Virus record (IMG/VR): IMGVR_UViG_3300035562_000063
Span: 1-29,750 of that record
DNA: 29,750 nucleotides
Source: a virus
Taxonomy: Duplodnaviria > Caudoviricetes
Direction: 5' to 3' (one strand)
A model generated the notes under the pieces. The model worked only from the letters and a program-made list of their open reading frames with translations. It was not told the DNA's origin and ran no database searches. A program made the position numbers and the translations under genes. Position 1 is the first letter of the stretch. Every line of letters begins with the position of its first letter. Below, in pieces: positions 18,465 to 27,390 of the stretch.

Positions 18465-19551
18465 TTTCGGTTCTAAACTCCATTAGCTCTTGAACAAAAC
18501 CTGCGATATTTTTAGCAAAAATTGGAGGTACAGCGTTACCAATTTGCCTCGCGATTTCTGTTTTTGTTCCAACAAAAATAAAATCGTCTGGGAAGCTCAT
18601 TATCCGTGCAGCTTCGCGATGCGTAATCGGTCTATGTTCCTCTGGGTGCAAATAACGACCCTTTTCGGGCTTAAAGAACTCAGTCCTAATCGTAACTGAT
18701 GGTCTATCCCACCAAAGTCGGCCAAATAAATCAGTCCCCCCTGATGTCTTTTTTATCCAACAAGCGGGTGTAATATCTGGACGATTTCTCTGCAAATCAA
18801 ATCTATTTCCTCCAGGCGGTACTGCGCGATATCTTTCTTGTGATAAAGCTGTTGGGTTACGCCCAAAATGAAGGTTCATTGGCGCAGGCACATCTCTAAT
18901 TTCCGTGCCTTCAGGACTCCCCAACCCTTCAAGAGCTGCCTTAACCGTCATCCAGAGGGGCAAGTTACCAGCTTTATCAGGTGATTGATGAGTGGGAGCA
19001 GGAGGAAAATCAGGAAGTTCCTTCATTTTAAAGCGTTCCGCTTTCACTCCGATAACAATCACTCTCTTACGTGTTTGTGGAACACCATAATCAGCGGTGT
19101 TCAATAGCGAAGGATTAAGAAGAACAAAACCCAAACTTTTCGCCCTTGCTCTGATATCATCAAATTCATCGCTTGTTAGCAGTCCAGGAACATTTTCCAT
19201 CACGAAAATTGAGGCCGATGACTGCTCAATAATATCCATATAAGGTTCCCATAACGCTCTTCGATGGTCACCAAGGCGTTTCTTATTGAGCAAGCTGAAA
19301 CCTTGGCAAGGCGGGCCTCCGATCACAATATCTGCATTAGGGATTTCATTCTCAGCAATCCATTCATCGATGTTCGCTGTAATCCCATGATTACCGAAAT
19401 TAGCGTTATAGGTTTTGATAGCAGCAACATCATTGTCGATTGCCAAAACACTTTCAAAGTTCTGGGACAACTCCCCCATCAAAAAACCAGCGGATAATCC
19501 ACCCGCCCCACAAAAAAGATCTATCACTTTGAATTTGTTTGTTTTTTTCAT
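18421..19551 (-). CDS. DNA (cytosine-5)-methyltransferase
   Basis: Motifs DLFCGAGG, GGPPCQGFS, ENVPG, YGVPQTRKR, REAARIMSFPD, QIGNAVPP. Confidence 0.97.
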   Translation of the reverse strand: MKKTNKFKVIDLFCGAGGLSAGFLMGELSQNFESVLAIDNDVAAIKTYNANFGNHGITANIDEWIAENEIPNADIVIGGPPCQGFSLLNKKRLGDHRRALWEPYMDIIEQSSASIFVMENVPGLLTSDEFDDIRARAKSLGFVLLNPSLLNTADYGVPQTRKRVIVIGVKAERFKMKELPDFPPAPTHQSPDKAGNLPLWMTVKAALEGLGSPEGTEIRDVPAPMNLHFGRNPTALSQERYRAVPPGGNRFDLQRNRPDITPACWIKKTSGGTDLFGRLWWDRPSVTIRTEFFKPEKGRYLHPEEHRPITHREAARIMSFPDDFIFVGTKTEIARQIGNAVPPIFAKNIAGFVQELMEFRTENGEKIKEKHAGEAA

Positions 19552-19665
19552 ATCAACACCATGATTTACTGCCAGATAATTGAAATTCTATAAGATTATG
19601 CACCAGACTAATACTGTACGGATTCACATGCAAGTCTGCTCTCATACTTAAGAGCCCTGCGCGCA

Positions 19666-19684
19666 ATGCTATCCCCGCCTCGCC
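19666..19684 (-). other. cos site (19-nt cohesive end)
   Basis: Minus strand GGCGAGGCGGGGATAGCAT vs P2 cos GGCGAGGCGGGGAAAGCAC (2 differences); lies between Q and A. Confidence 0.92.
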
Positions 19685-19718
19685 TGCCCGCTTCGTGTGT
19701 CACTTTTGATGCACTTGC

Positions 19719-19779
19719 ATGATCCAGTGTGATCCGCGCCAGTACTGGTGCAGTAGGGATAAAATTGACACTGGATCAT
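19719..19779. repeat. cos-adjacent inverted repeat with a central palindrome
   Basis: ATGATCCAGTGT (19719-19730) / ACACTGGATCAT (19768-19779) enclosing CCAGTACTGG (19739-19748); several TGCAT/ATGCA motifs nearby. Confidence 0.75.
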
Positions 19780-19919
19780 CATGCAAATTCATGCATCCAG
19801 TGCTTGCATGGGCTACCAACAGAAAAATGTATTGATTTAGACGATAATTGAACATTGAGAAGGTTAACATTACAGCAACCTCCAGGCTCCTATGGCCCAT
19901 TTACTACAAGGCGTTTTCT

Positions 19920-20627
19920 CTACCTCTTGTTCGCATCGATTTGTTCTTTTAACTGCATCAGTTTCTCTATCAATTCATGAATTTTAGTACTAGGATTATC
20001 TGTCCCACTACTTTCGGCAGCCTGCAAGCCTCTCTTAGCCTTAACAACTACTTCATTTAAGCTCTTCGACTCTAACGCATTAAATGTTCTTAAAAATATT
20101 CCTTTCGCTGCTTTTTCATAATCTTTTATATATTTTTTTAATTCACTAACAATTTGATTTCCTGAGCTATTCCCCGGCAACCCTTTATATTCTTTAGTTG
20201 AGTATGTATAGTGAAGTAGTAACCAATACTCAAAGCAAGGAACCGAATTAACCGCAACCCACGTCTTACTTGGTTTCCCTCTCCTAATAGCATCTAATGC
20301 TGGCAAATAATCAGTATGAGCATCTTTGTCAATCACAACATAAATTTCATCATAAGGAGCCCCTTGCTCTATCATGATTTTTTGCTGCTCCTTAGCATGT
20401 CGAACAACGCACATTGGGCTAGAACCGCACTCTCCGCTAACATCAATTACACTTGCAGTTAGTAATTCGAAATGCTGAATTAAGTCCTCAAAATACATTG
20501 GTTCAGTCTTTTTTCCCTCACATACAATCAAAATTTTTATGAGTGGAGCTTTTGCACCTTTACGCCTAGCTAAATCTTTGGAGGTTTTTGGTTTGCGTTT
20601 CTTTTTAAATAAGTCTTCACTTCCCAT
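19920..20627 (-). CDS. RloB-family (TOPRIM-like) protein, AbiLii-like
   Basis: ILIVCEGKKTEPMYF, VVIDKD, SVPCFEYWLLLHY, NPSTKIHELIE. Confidence 0.88.
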   Translation of the reverse strand: MGSEDLFKKKRKPKTSKDLARRKGAKAPLIKILIVCEGKKTEPMYFEDLIQHFELLTASVIDVSGECGSSPMCVVRHAKEQQKIMIEQGAPYDEIYVVIDKDAHTDYLPALDAIRRGKPSKTWVAVNSVPCFEYWLLLHYTYSTKEYKGLPGNSSGNQIVSELKKYIKDYEKAAKGIFLRTFNALESKSLNEVVVKAKRGLQAAESSGTDNPSTKIHELIEKLMQLKEQIDANKR

Positions 20628-20628
20628 A

Positions 20629-21894
20629 TTAAACCCCCATCAGTTTCTTAATACGAGGAAGAGCTCCATACCTACCATCTAAATATGCAGCCTCTAAATT
20701 TTCTCGCCCCTTCCTAGGGCTATAATCGGTCAAAGGGTAAAGATTAGTTTCACTGTGATCATTTTTTTCACAGAACCAAATCTGATCTCTCCTAAAAACA
20801 TTTTGATTTAGAATTGATGTTTCATGAGTAGAAAAAACCAACTGAGCTCCTTTCTTATTTGTTTCAGGGTCATTGAAAATCTTGACCAAGAAACCAACTA
20901 ATTTAGGATGCAACGTGTCATGCAACTCATCAATTAAAATAACATAACCATTTTCTAAAGCATCCAACCAAGGGCCCGCTAGAGAGAAGAATTTTTGCGT
21001 ACCATGTGATTCCTCTTCTAATGAAAAGCTTACCGGTTCGCCTTTGTCATTATAATGAATAGTAGAGACATCAAAGATATCTTTATCCTTCATGTTTGAA
21101 ATAACAACTTTTTTAAATTCTTCCGGCATATCAGACGGTAAACTGTCTGGATTAAATTTTTCTTTTTTAACTAAAATATCATCAATCCCGACATCGGCTG
21201 CCTTTAAAAAATTCAAAATATCTTTTTTGGTATCTTCAGTACAACGCTTGGCTGAAAATGTATGACTCCATCCAGAGATTCCCGACAATCTAAGTGTTTT
21301 TTGAAACCATGTAAAGACAGGTTTAAGTTGCTCACTATTCAATTGTACAGCCGTTGAAAGGAATAACGCATTACCCCTTGTCGAGCGCTGCCAAACTTGT
21401 TTCTCCCCCAAGAAATTTGGGCCGAAATCCCATTCATATTCTAACTCTTCCGCATTCCATGCACGGTAATACCATTTCTGTGGTCTACCTTTTGGATATG
21501 CGTAGAGCCATTCGTCAATAATCCTATCCTTCGTTGTAGAAAATCCAAATTGATATCTAACACCTTCAGCAATGAAGGTAATCTCAAACTCTGTTGGTTT
21601 GTCAATTGATTCTGAATTCAACTTGAAAGGGTATACGGAAATATCTTCCCCTGCTTGATTATTAGATGCTGACTTAGTAACAAGATCCATCATAGTTCGT
21701 ACTGCAAGCAGTAAATTCGACTTACCAGCAGCATTGGCTCCATAGATAACTGCCGATTTCAGAATGTTTAGGTTTACATTCCCTTCCACATTAAATACAT
21801 TACTCTCCAATTCATTACTCTTATTAGCAATAAGCGAGAGTGTTTGTTTATTCTTAATTGATAAATAATTCTCAACATTAAATTCAATTAGCAT
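20629..21894 (-). CDS. AAA_21/ABC-type ATPase (RloA/AbiLi-like)
   Basis: Start ATG 21894 MLIEFNVENYLS with GGAG RBS; GANAAGKSN Walker A, ESHGT signature, LIDEL Walker B, LHP, STH, FRRDQIWF, YLDGRYGALP. Confidence 0.92.
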   Translation of the reverse strand: MLIEFNVENYLSIKNKQTLSLIANKSNELESNVFNVEGNVNLNILKSAVIYGANAAGKSNLLLAVRTMMDLVTKSASNNQAGEDISVYPFKLNSESIDKPTEFEITFIAEGVRYQFGFSTTKDRIIDEWLYAYPKGRPQKWYYRAWNAEELEYEWDFGPNFLGEKQVWQRSTRGNALFLSTAVQLNSEQLKPVFTWFQKTLRLSGISGWSHTFSAKRCTEDTKKDILNFLKAADVGIDDILVKKEKFNPDSLPSDMPEEFKKVVISNMKDKDIFDVSTIHYNDKGEPVSFSLEEESHGTQKFFSLAGPWLDALENGYVILIDELHDTLHPKLVGFLVKIFNDPETNKKGAQLVFSTHETSILNQNVFRRDQIWFCEKNDHSETNLYPLTDYSPRKGRENLEAAYLDGRYGALPRIKKLMGV

Positions 21895-22095
21895 TTTTAT
21901 TTCTCCAGTGACATGCCGTGATTTCAGCAGTGAAAGCACTCTACACCACCCTTGGAACCAATTCTAAGTACACTTTATGACAAAAAAAGTCAAAAAAACA
22001 GGGATAATTTTTTTTCAAGCCCTTTTTTGAGAAAATCCATCATTATCTTAAATATTTTGCTGTACAGATCTTCACCAATTCACCTATCCTCCGCC

Positions 22096-22368
22096 CTATG
22101 AGACGTTTTCTGGGTAGTTACGTGGTTCAGAGCCCGATGGGGTAAAATCGATACCTGACACCCCTGCATGGCTTTTTATAGTAGTGAGTTTTTGGATCAC
22201 CTCAGTTTTCTCTGGGTCAATGTTAGTTTTCATCTCCCCTGCCAGTTCTGAAATCCATATCAACGCAATGTCTTTATCCTTAGCTTGGCTCTCATAACAA
22301 ACCCCCAGACGGGCAATGAGTTCAATACGTTCCAAAACAACCATTTCTTCAACTGCTGGTAAATGCAC
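22096..22368 (-). CDS. tum: Tum-like SOS antirepressor (N-terminal domain type)
   Basis: GTG start with GGAGGA RBS; VVLERIELIARL...DKDIALIWISELA resembles the phage 186 Tum N-terminus; follows gene A; LexA box upstream. Confidence 0.75.
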   Translation of the reverse strand: MHLPAVEEMVVLERIELIARLGVCYESQAKDKDIALIWISELAGEMKTNIDPEKTEVIQKLTTIKSHAGVSGIDFTPSGSEPRNYPENVS

Positions 22369-22391
22369 CCTGTTCCTCCGATGCTTAATCA

Positions 22392-22407
22392 CTGTATGCA
22401 CATACAG
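22392..22407. promoter_or_regulatory. LexA (SOS) box
   Basis: CTGTATGCACATACAG = CTG-N10-CAG, 23 nt upstream of the tum start. Confidence 0.9.
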
Positions 22408-22441
22408 TATTAACCATAATTTTTGCTTCCGCAACCAATTA

Positions 22442-24655
22442 TTAAAAACCAGCCCAATCATTAACCTGTTCATACTGCATTGAAATATCACCGAATTTAA
22501 CTTTAGCACCGCGCGCTAACGCTTCCAGCTCCCAGCGCTGGGCGGCGATAGCCTCCCGTGTCAAATCGGCCCGAATTACTCCCAGCCGATCGCGTTCTAC
22601 CGGGGTCAATCTTGCTGATGGGGCCACTTCTGGCACCTGATAAGGGTCAAAACTGCGTTGTGATTTCTTTATCTGTGATGGAATAGCCCGTATACGGCTC
22701 ATAACAGACCGTGTAACGGTCATATCATTCCAGTCAATCGGTGTCTCCGGCGGATGCTCTAACACAGCCACAGCCTCTACAGGCTCACTATCCTGCGTAT
22801 TTGTAGCGCCTTTGCTATCGCTCAACCCACAGTTATTGACAGGACTCCGAGGCGCACCAGAGGTGCTTTTTAAAATCAAAGGCTCAACAGCAACAGCTTT
22901 AACGACAATGCGCCATTGAGTCGTACGGGTTTCATAGATGCGATCTGGGCCAATATGTGGGGCATAAATTCCCGCGATTTTCTGGACTTCTTCGTCATAG
23001 GCGTTGGACTCGTCGGCAACCCGACGAGCAACACGCACAGTCTGATCGTCGCGGGAAACGTTGGTGCCGCCCTGGGCCAGAATGTAAGTGGCAAAATCAC
23101 CGGCATCAGCGGCAGCACGTACCGCCTCCACGCTGTCGTCAAACTCATCGGCCAGACTGATAGAGCGAATTTTGCGACATTCGCGCCACGCCCCACGCGA
23201 TGGCAGACCAATGAATTGGAATTGAGGAATACGCCACGTTGACGCCCACGCAGTGACAGCGGCGGCTGTCTCAGTCAACAGCTCGCCGGTTTCATGATCA
23301 CGCTCGCCATCCAGCGCGTAACCGTCGATATTTTTTGCGATGTATTTGGCGATATAGCCTGCCGCGCCGCCTTTGTTCAGGTACTTACAGTCGAAACGGT
23401 TTTTGGCTGCGCCGCGCTCGTCTCCATCTTCGGCCATGGCATAGCGCCGCATGATATCGATCACCGGCTGGCGCTGCTCTTTGGAGGTAAACAGCATCAT
23501 ATGCCAGTGCGGCGTTGCATCGTGATGCGGCTCGACCACACGCACGCCATAGACCTGCAGGTCATTATCTTTAAACGCCGTGCGGATATTGCTCCACAGG
23601 TTTACAAGGTAGCGCTGGCCGTCTTTTGGCGTGTATGCCTCTTCATCCCAATTGTGGTTAAACTGCACCTTCGGGTTGTTTTTGCCGACAGTGCGTGTGG
23701 GGTGATATTTGGATGGTGTAGTGATAGTGAGAAACATCCCCTTATCGCCTTTAATCTCGGCAGCCTGTTGAACCCCGGCAACTATCGTCATTAGCTCCAT
23801 ACGGCGGATCTCCGGGTTAGAGATACTCGCCATTACCTTATCGACAAGGCTGAATCGCTCGCCGGTTTCGACGTTCTCCAGCTCGCGGCTGTTCAGGTAA
23901 TCAAAGTTAGACTGGCGACGCGCTTTCACTTCACGGATCGCCTGCTTGCTGGCATAGGACGACGCCTCACGGTTCACATTGCCGACAGCAATTAGCAACG
24001 CCTCGCGCCAGCGCATGCGCTGGGCTTTTAACTGGCGCTCCCACCATTCAGCATTAACCAACCGGGACAGGCTTGCTATTGCAGACCGGGCATCCAGTTT
24101 GCCTTTGCAGTATTTACTCCAGTGCATCGGGGTGATGTTGAAGGCGCGAACCATCGGCGCGGTATGACCATAAAAATCGGCCTGAGTACTATCTTCCAAC
24201 AGCCCTGTATTGTCTCCGCCGTTGTGCTGAATGAATTCTTCACAGCAGCTCTCATAGATTGACAACAGTTGACCGGCCACACGATCCGCAAGGCGTTTTA
24301 ACTCTTTGTCATCCATTCCCGGCAAGCCCGAATAATTATCAACTTCCGCCATCCAGCGCGGAGACGCTGCCAAGCACATCCTGTTTTTGGCGTTAACAGC
24401 CTCAATACGGGGCCAGATGCGGCGCTCAAACTGGAACACCAACCATTTATTGGCGTCATGCAGCCCTTTGGATTTCAGCAGATAGTCATGCCGTGACAGG
24501 AAAATGGCGCTGAGAAAGCGCGGCAGGGAATGGATCTTGCGTAAAACAGCTTGCCCCTGAGCATGTTCCTCACGGGTAAGCGGTCTTACCGGCCCGGCGA
24601 TTGCCGGGCGCGGTACGTTCCATGGATAAGCATAAGCAGGAACTGCCTGGCTCAT
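22442..24655 (-). CDS. A: Rolling-circle replication initiator A
   Basis: TITTPSKYH, EPHHDATPHWH (HUH), YIAKYIAKNIDG (two Tyr), WASTWRIPQFQ. Confidence 0.97.
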   Translation of the reverse strand: MSQAVPAYAYPWNVPRPAIAGPVRPLTREEHAQGQAVLRKIHSLPRFLSAIFLSRHDYLLKSKGLHDANKWLVFQFERRIWPRIEAVNAKNRMCLAASPRWMAEVDNYSGLPGMDDKELKRLADRVAGQLLSIYESCCEEFIQHNGGDNTGLLEDSTQADFYGHTAPMVRAFNITPMHWSKYCKGKLDARSAIASLSRLVNAEWWERQLKAQRMRWREALLIAVGNVNREASSYASKQAIREVKARRQSNFDYLNSRELENVETGERFSLVDKVMASISNPEIRRMELMTIVAGVQQAAEIKGDKGMFLTITTPSKYHPTRTVGKNNPKVQFNHNWDEEAYTPKDGQRYLVNLWSNIRTAFKDNDLQVYGVRVVEPHHDATPHWHMMLFTSKEQRQPVIDIMRRYAMAEDGDERGAAKNRFDCKYLNKGGAAGYIAKYIAKNIDGYALDGERDHETGELLTETAAAVTAWASTWRIPQFQFIGLPSRGAWRECRKIRSISLADEFDDSVEAVRAAADAGDFATYILAQGGTNVSRDDQTVRVARRVADESNAYDEEVQKIAGIYAPHIGPDRIYETRTTQWRIVVKAVAVEPLILKSTSGAPRSPVNNCGLSDSKGATNTQDSEPVEAVAVLEHPPETPIDWNDMTVTRSVMSRIRAIPSQIKKSQRSFDPYQVPEVAPSARLTPVERDRLGVIRADLTREAIAAQRWELEALARGAKVKFGDISMQYEQVNDWAGF

Positions 24656-25413
24656 TGAACTTCTGCACCATTGCCGTGGATGCAGTTACCGCAGTAGCGT
24701 TCATTGCATGAAGAACAGTGCTTATAGCCATTCGCTAGGAAAACCGCCTTGGCAAACCCCCTTGGGGTTGTGCTTCGGATGTTCTTTGTTCGCTTTGATT
24801 TTCCACCACACAATTTCCAACCGGGATTACATTTAAATTCCGGTTCGATACGCTTTGTCTGTGGTTGAACAAAACCGCCACCGCACCAAATATTTGTTGT
24901 TTTGTTGTATCTGTCACGCCCAGGATAAACATCAGGGTAAACGGGGTGTATATCCCACTCGGGTAAATAACCCGCAAAGTCACAGGGATTGAAAGCAAAG
25001 TCCGGCTTACGGTACATGGTCGACAGAACACCCACGGGGTTCTCAAATGCCCAGGGTGCATCACTGAGCAAACCAACTATACGAACCAAATCAGCCAACT
25101 CAACAGCTTCAAGTTGAAATAATGGATTCGCCTGTCTTTTATTCTCGAAGTGCCTGGCTCCGGCAACGGTCAAATCCGTACACTCGGGAAAACCAATCAC
25201 TATTTTTACACCATCCCCGACCATGTCAGTAATTTGCCTGGATTGTGCCAATTTGTTAGCCGCACTAAACCACATGCCCACCTTGACATGATTACCCTCC
25301 CTGATAACGCCTGATTCATGCTGGCCGTCAAAACACCAACATTCATACCCGGCTTCAATCCATGGTTGAGCCATAAGGCCGGTAAAGTCATAAAGGAATA
25401 TTGCCTTTTTCAT
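24652..25413 (-). CDS. Divergent phage-type DNA cytosine methyltransferase-like protein
   Basis: IFLYDFTG (motif I-like), GFPECTDL (catalytic P-x-C-like), FENPVG (motif VI), RSTTPRGFAKA; overlaps the A start. Confidence 0.7.
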   Translation of the reverse strand: MKKAIFLYDFTGLMAQPWIEAGYECWCFDGQHESGVIREGNHVKVGMWFSAANKLAQSRQITDMVGDGVKIVIGFPECTDLTVAGARHFENKRQANPLFQLEAVELADLVRIVGLLSDAPWAFENPVGVLSTMYRKPDFAFNPCDFAGYLPEWDIHPVYPDVYPGRDRYNKTTNIWCGGGFVQPQTKRIEPEFKCNPGWKLCGGKSKRTKNIRSTTPRGFAKAVFLANGYKHCSSCNERYCGNCIHGNGAEVQ

Positions 25414-25421
25414 TTTATTTC

Positions 25422-25538
25422 CTAATCATAATTTTGGCTTTCTGGGCGGCGCATGAATTCTGAATCACTCAAATCCGCAGCAATGAAATGACCTGATGCC
25501 AAAAACAGTAGACCGAATAAAATAGAGAACTCGATCAT
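25422..25538 (-). CDS. 38-aa hydrophobic small protein
   Basis: MIEFSILFGLLFLASGHFIAAD...; ATGA overlap with the upstream stop and ends just before the next RBS. Confidence 0.5.
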   Translation of the reverse strand: MIEFSILFGLLFLASGHFIAADLSDSEFMRRPESQNYD

Positions 25539-25765
25539 GCAATCCCCGAGAAAATAAAAAGGTGGCCTTTCACCTCCCGAAGATGCTGGCAGCCCACACA
25601 GGTATAAACACCGGGAACCGCCTCTCGACGTGCAGCAGGGATCGGAGCGTCGCATTCTTCACACACGAACGCAGACGGCAGCGCTGAGGACTGACGGGCA
25701 TTGGCGATTTGCGTTTCCAGCAATAGCGCCTGAGTCTCTTGCGAGTAATCCATTGAATCGGCCAT
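25535..25765 (-). CDS. TraR/DksA C4 zinc-finger protein (P2 Orf82-like)
   Basis: MADSMD...CEECDAPIPAARREAVPGVYTCVGCQ. Confidence 0.92.
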   Translation of the reverse strand: MADSMDYSQETQALLLETQIANARQSSALPSAFVCEECDAPIPAARREAVPGVYTCVGCQHLREVKGHLFIFSGIA

Positions 25766-25995
25766 TAGTGCAGCTCCTGTGCCTGGTTCTCGATGGACTC
25801 AGCTTCCTGGCAGAGCAACTCCGCTGCTTCGATAGCCGTTAAACCGCTCTTGGTAATGTGCGCTGCCAAACGCACCAGACGAGCAGCTGCAAGATCGGCT
25901 TGGTTCCTACGCTCGTCAATACGAACATTTAGCAATACGACATCTAATGGCTGCGCGTAGAATTCTTTAATATCTTTGGTGCTTTCAAGTTTCAT
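25765..25995 (-). CDS. Conserved P2-like early protein (DUF2732-like)
   Basis: LLNVRIDERR...ARLVRLAAHI...EAAELLCQEAE. Confidence 0.8.
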   Translation of the reverse strand: MKLESTKDIKEFYAQPLDVVLLNVRIDERRNQADLAAARLVRLAAHITKSGLTAIEAAELLCQEAESIENQAQELH

Positions 25996-26023
25996 AAATC
26001 AGCCTTATTTCAGGCAAAGCGAT

Positions 26024-26045
26024 ATCCGGCGGGTTTACGCCAGAT
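26024..26045 (-). terminator. Hairpin in the early operon (possible tR1-like terminator)
   Basis: Minus strand ATCTGGCG-TAAACC-CGCCGGAT stem-loop in an intergenic gap; weak U tract. Confidence 0.4.
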
Positions 26046-26058
26046 TTACGCAATGCCG

Positions 26059-26361
26059 TTAATTAGTATTTAATTCGCAATCGTCGTTACTTATAAATCG
26101 TGGCAAACTTTTTGATAAATCTATAAGGTCATTAAACGCCCATATTAATTTCTGGCGCTCGGTATAACTCATTTCTGCAAATTTCATATTTACATGCCGC
26201 TCTTTCAATCCAGCATGAAAACAAACAGTTCTGCGGATGTGCCCCAGTGACTTATCAAAAGCCTCTTGCGCCACGTTCTTTCTATGCGCGAACAGATCAC
26301 GCTTAATCTGAGAAATGCGCTTAATGCCGATAGCTTTTTGGTCATCCGTTGCCAGTAACAT
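26059..26361 (-). CDS. Conserved P2-like early protein (DUF5347-like)
   Basis: 100 aa, CFHAGLKERH...MSYTERQKLI; position after fil. Confidence 0.7.
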   Translation of the reverse strand: MLLATDDQKAIGIKRISQIKRDLFAHRKNVAQEAFDKSLGHIRRTVCFHAGLKERHVNMKFAEMSYTERQKLIWAFNDLIDLSKSLPRFISNDDCELNTN

Positions 26362-26372
26362 ATCAACCCCAG

Positions 26373-26561
26373 TTAACGGCAGAGCAAACGGCGCAGCAGT
26401 TGCGTCGGTTTTTCAGTAGACAAACCGCGCAACAATGCAGCCTGGTCGTGACGTGGCCGCCAGCGTTTACCGCCCTGCAGTTCAATAAAGCCATTATCAA
26501 AATGGCGCGACGGGCTTTGCTGCTTCAACAGTGGAGCTATTGATATCGGCACAGTGGTCAC
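26373..26561 (-). CDS. fil: Fil (filamentation) protein, 186-like
   Basis: SIAPLLKQQSPSRHFDNGFIELQGGKRWRP resembles 186 Fil; follows cII. Confidence 0.8.
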   Translation of the reverse strand: MTTVPISIAPLLKQQSPSRHFDNGFIELQGGKRWRPRHDQAALLRGLSTEKPTQLLRRLLCR

Positions 26562-26562
26562 C

Positions 26563-27072
26563 TCAACTTAAACCAGCAACTGCACTCAACCCGCTAATCA
26601 CATCAACGGTGGAGGCTAGCGCTGGCGTGGATTGGATACGGCTTTGAACTGTCAGACCGATTAGCGATAAATGGCGGATCGCCGTATTGACGCTATCGAG
26701 TAAGGCGGATTTACGAGATGCTGTTTTGTGATCGCCATCTACTGCAGCCGCCGCAACAGAACCTACTGCTGCCGTTGCTTTCAATGCGTAGATAGATATG
26801 TTGTCAGCACATACCTCATTAACTGGCACTGAAGGTAAACAGTTCAACTGAGCCAGCAAGGCATCGACCAAGGTGGAGTCTTCAGTAGCATCAGTGATTG
26901 CCAGTAGCTCAGTACAACTCAGTTGATGTGGTTGTTCTGGGTTGAGCTTGTTACGTAACATCTGCGGTTTCATTCCAATCTGCTCAGAAACGCGTACAAG
27001 GTTTTGTCGAACAGAAAATTGGCGACAAGCCATCTCAAAATGTGGATGTTTTGAAACTTCAAAATCAAACAT
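26563..27072 (-). CDS. cII: CII establishment activator (186-type)
   Basis: Start ATG 27072 MFDFEVSKHPHF...LRNKLNPEQPHQL...CLPSVPVNE; 169 aa. Confidence 0.93.
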   Translation of the reverse strand: MFDFEVSKHPHFEMACRQFSVRQNLVRVSEQIGMKPQMLRNKLNPEQPHQLSCTELLAITDATEDSTLVDALLAQLNCLPSVPVNEVCADNISIYALKATAAVGSVAAAAVDGDHKTASRKSALLDSVNTAIRHLSLIGLTVQSRIQSTPALASTVDVISGLSAVAGLS

Positions 27073-27101
27073 TCCTCTCCCCTTTTGCGTCTGGCAACAT
27101 C

Positions 27102-27332
27102 TCAAACCGTTACTATAAATTCACATTCCGAGAGGGCGTTAAGAGTAAGCTTCACCATGTTGATGAGTACTTTCTCTCGTTTTGCACCCGTTCCTAAGCG
27201 ATGACGATATGATGACAAGCGCCCATCCGCGAGCATGTCATCTACAGTATTTTTAGATAACCCAGTGAGTTCACAGTACTTTTCTATAGTTACGTGGGGT
27301 GTTGGAACCGTTATTGAAATGTTTTTACGCAT
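27102..27332 (-). CDS. apl: Apl/Cox-like excisionase-repressor
   Basis: PHVTIEKYCELTGLSKNTVDDMLADGRL...VLINM HTH; first gene of the lytic operon. Confidence 0.85.
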   Translation of the reverse strand: MRKNISITVPTPHVTIEKYCELTGLSKNTVDDMLADGRLSSYRHRLGTGAKREKVLINMVKLTLNALSECEFIVTV

Positions 27333-27390
27333 AGTGCAAGATCCTCCGATGACCTGTGGCGGGTCGCGTTAAGTGGTGATAAGCACCAAA

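Noticed and set aside
19614-19629. LexA-box-like CTGTACGGATTCACAT upstream of the cargo MTase
   Set aside because: Lacks the invariant terminal CAG; too weak to call
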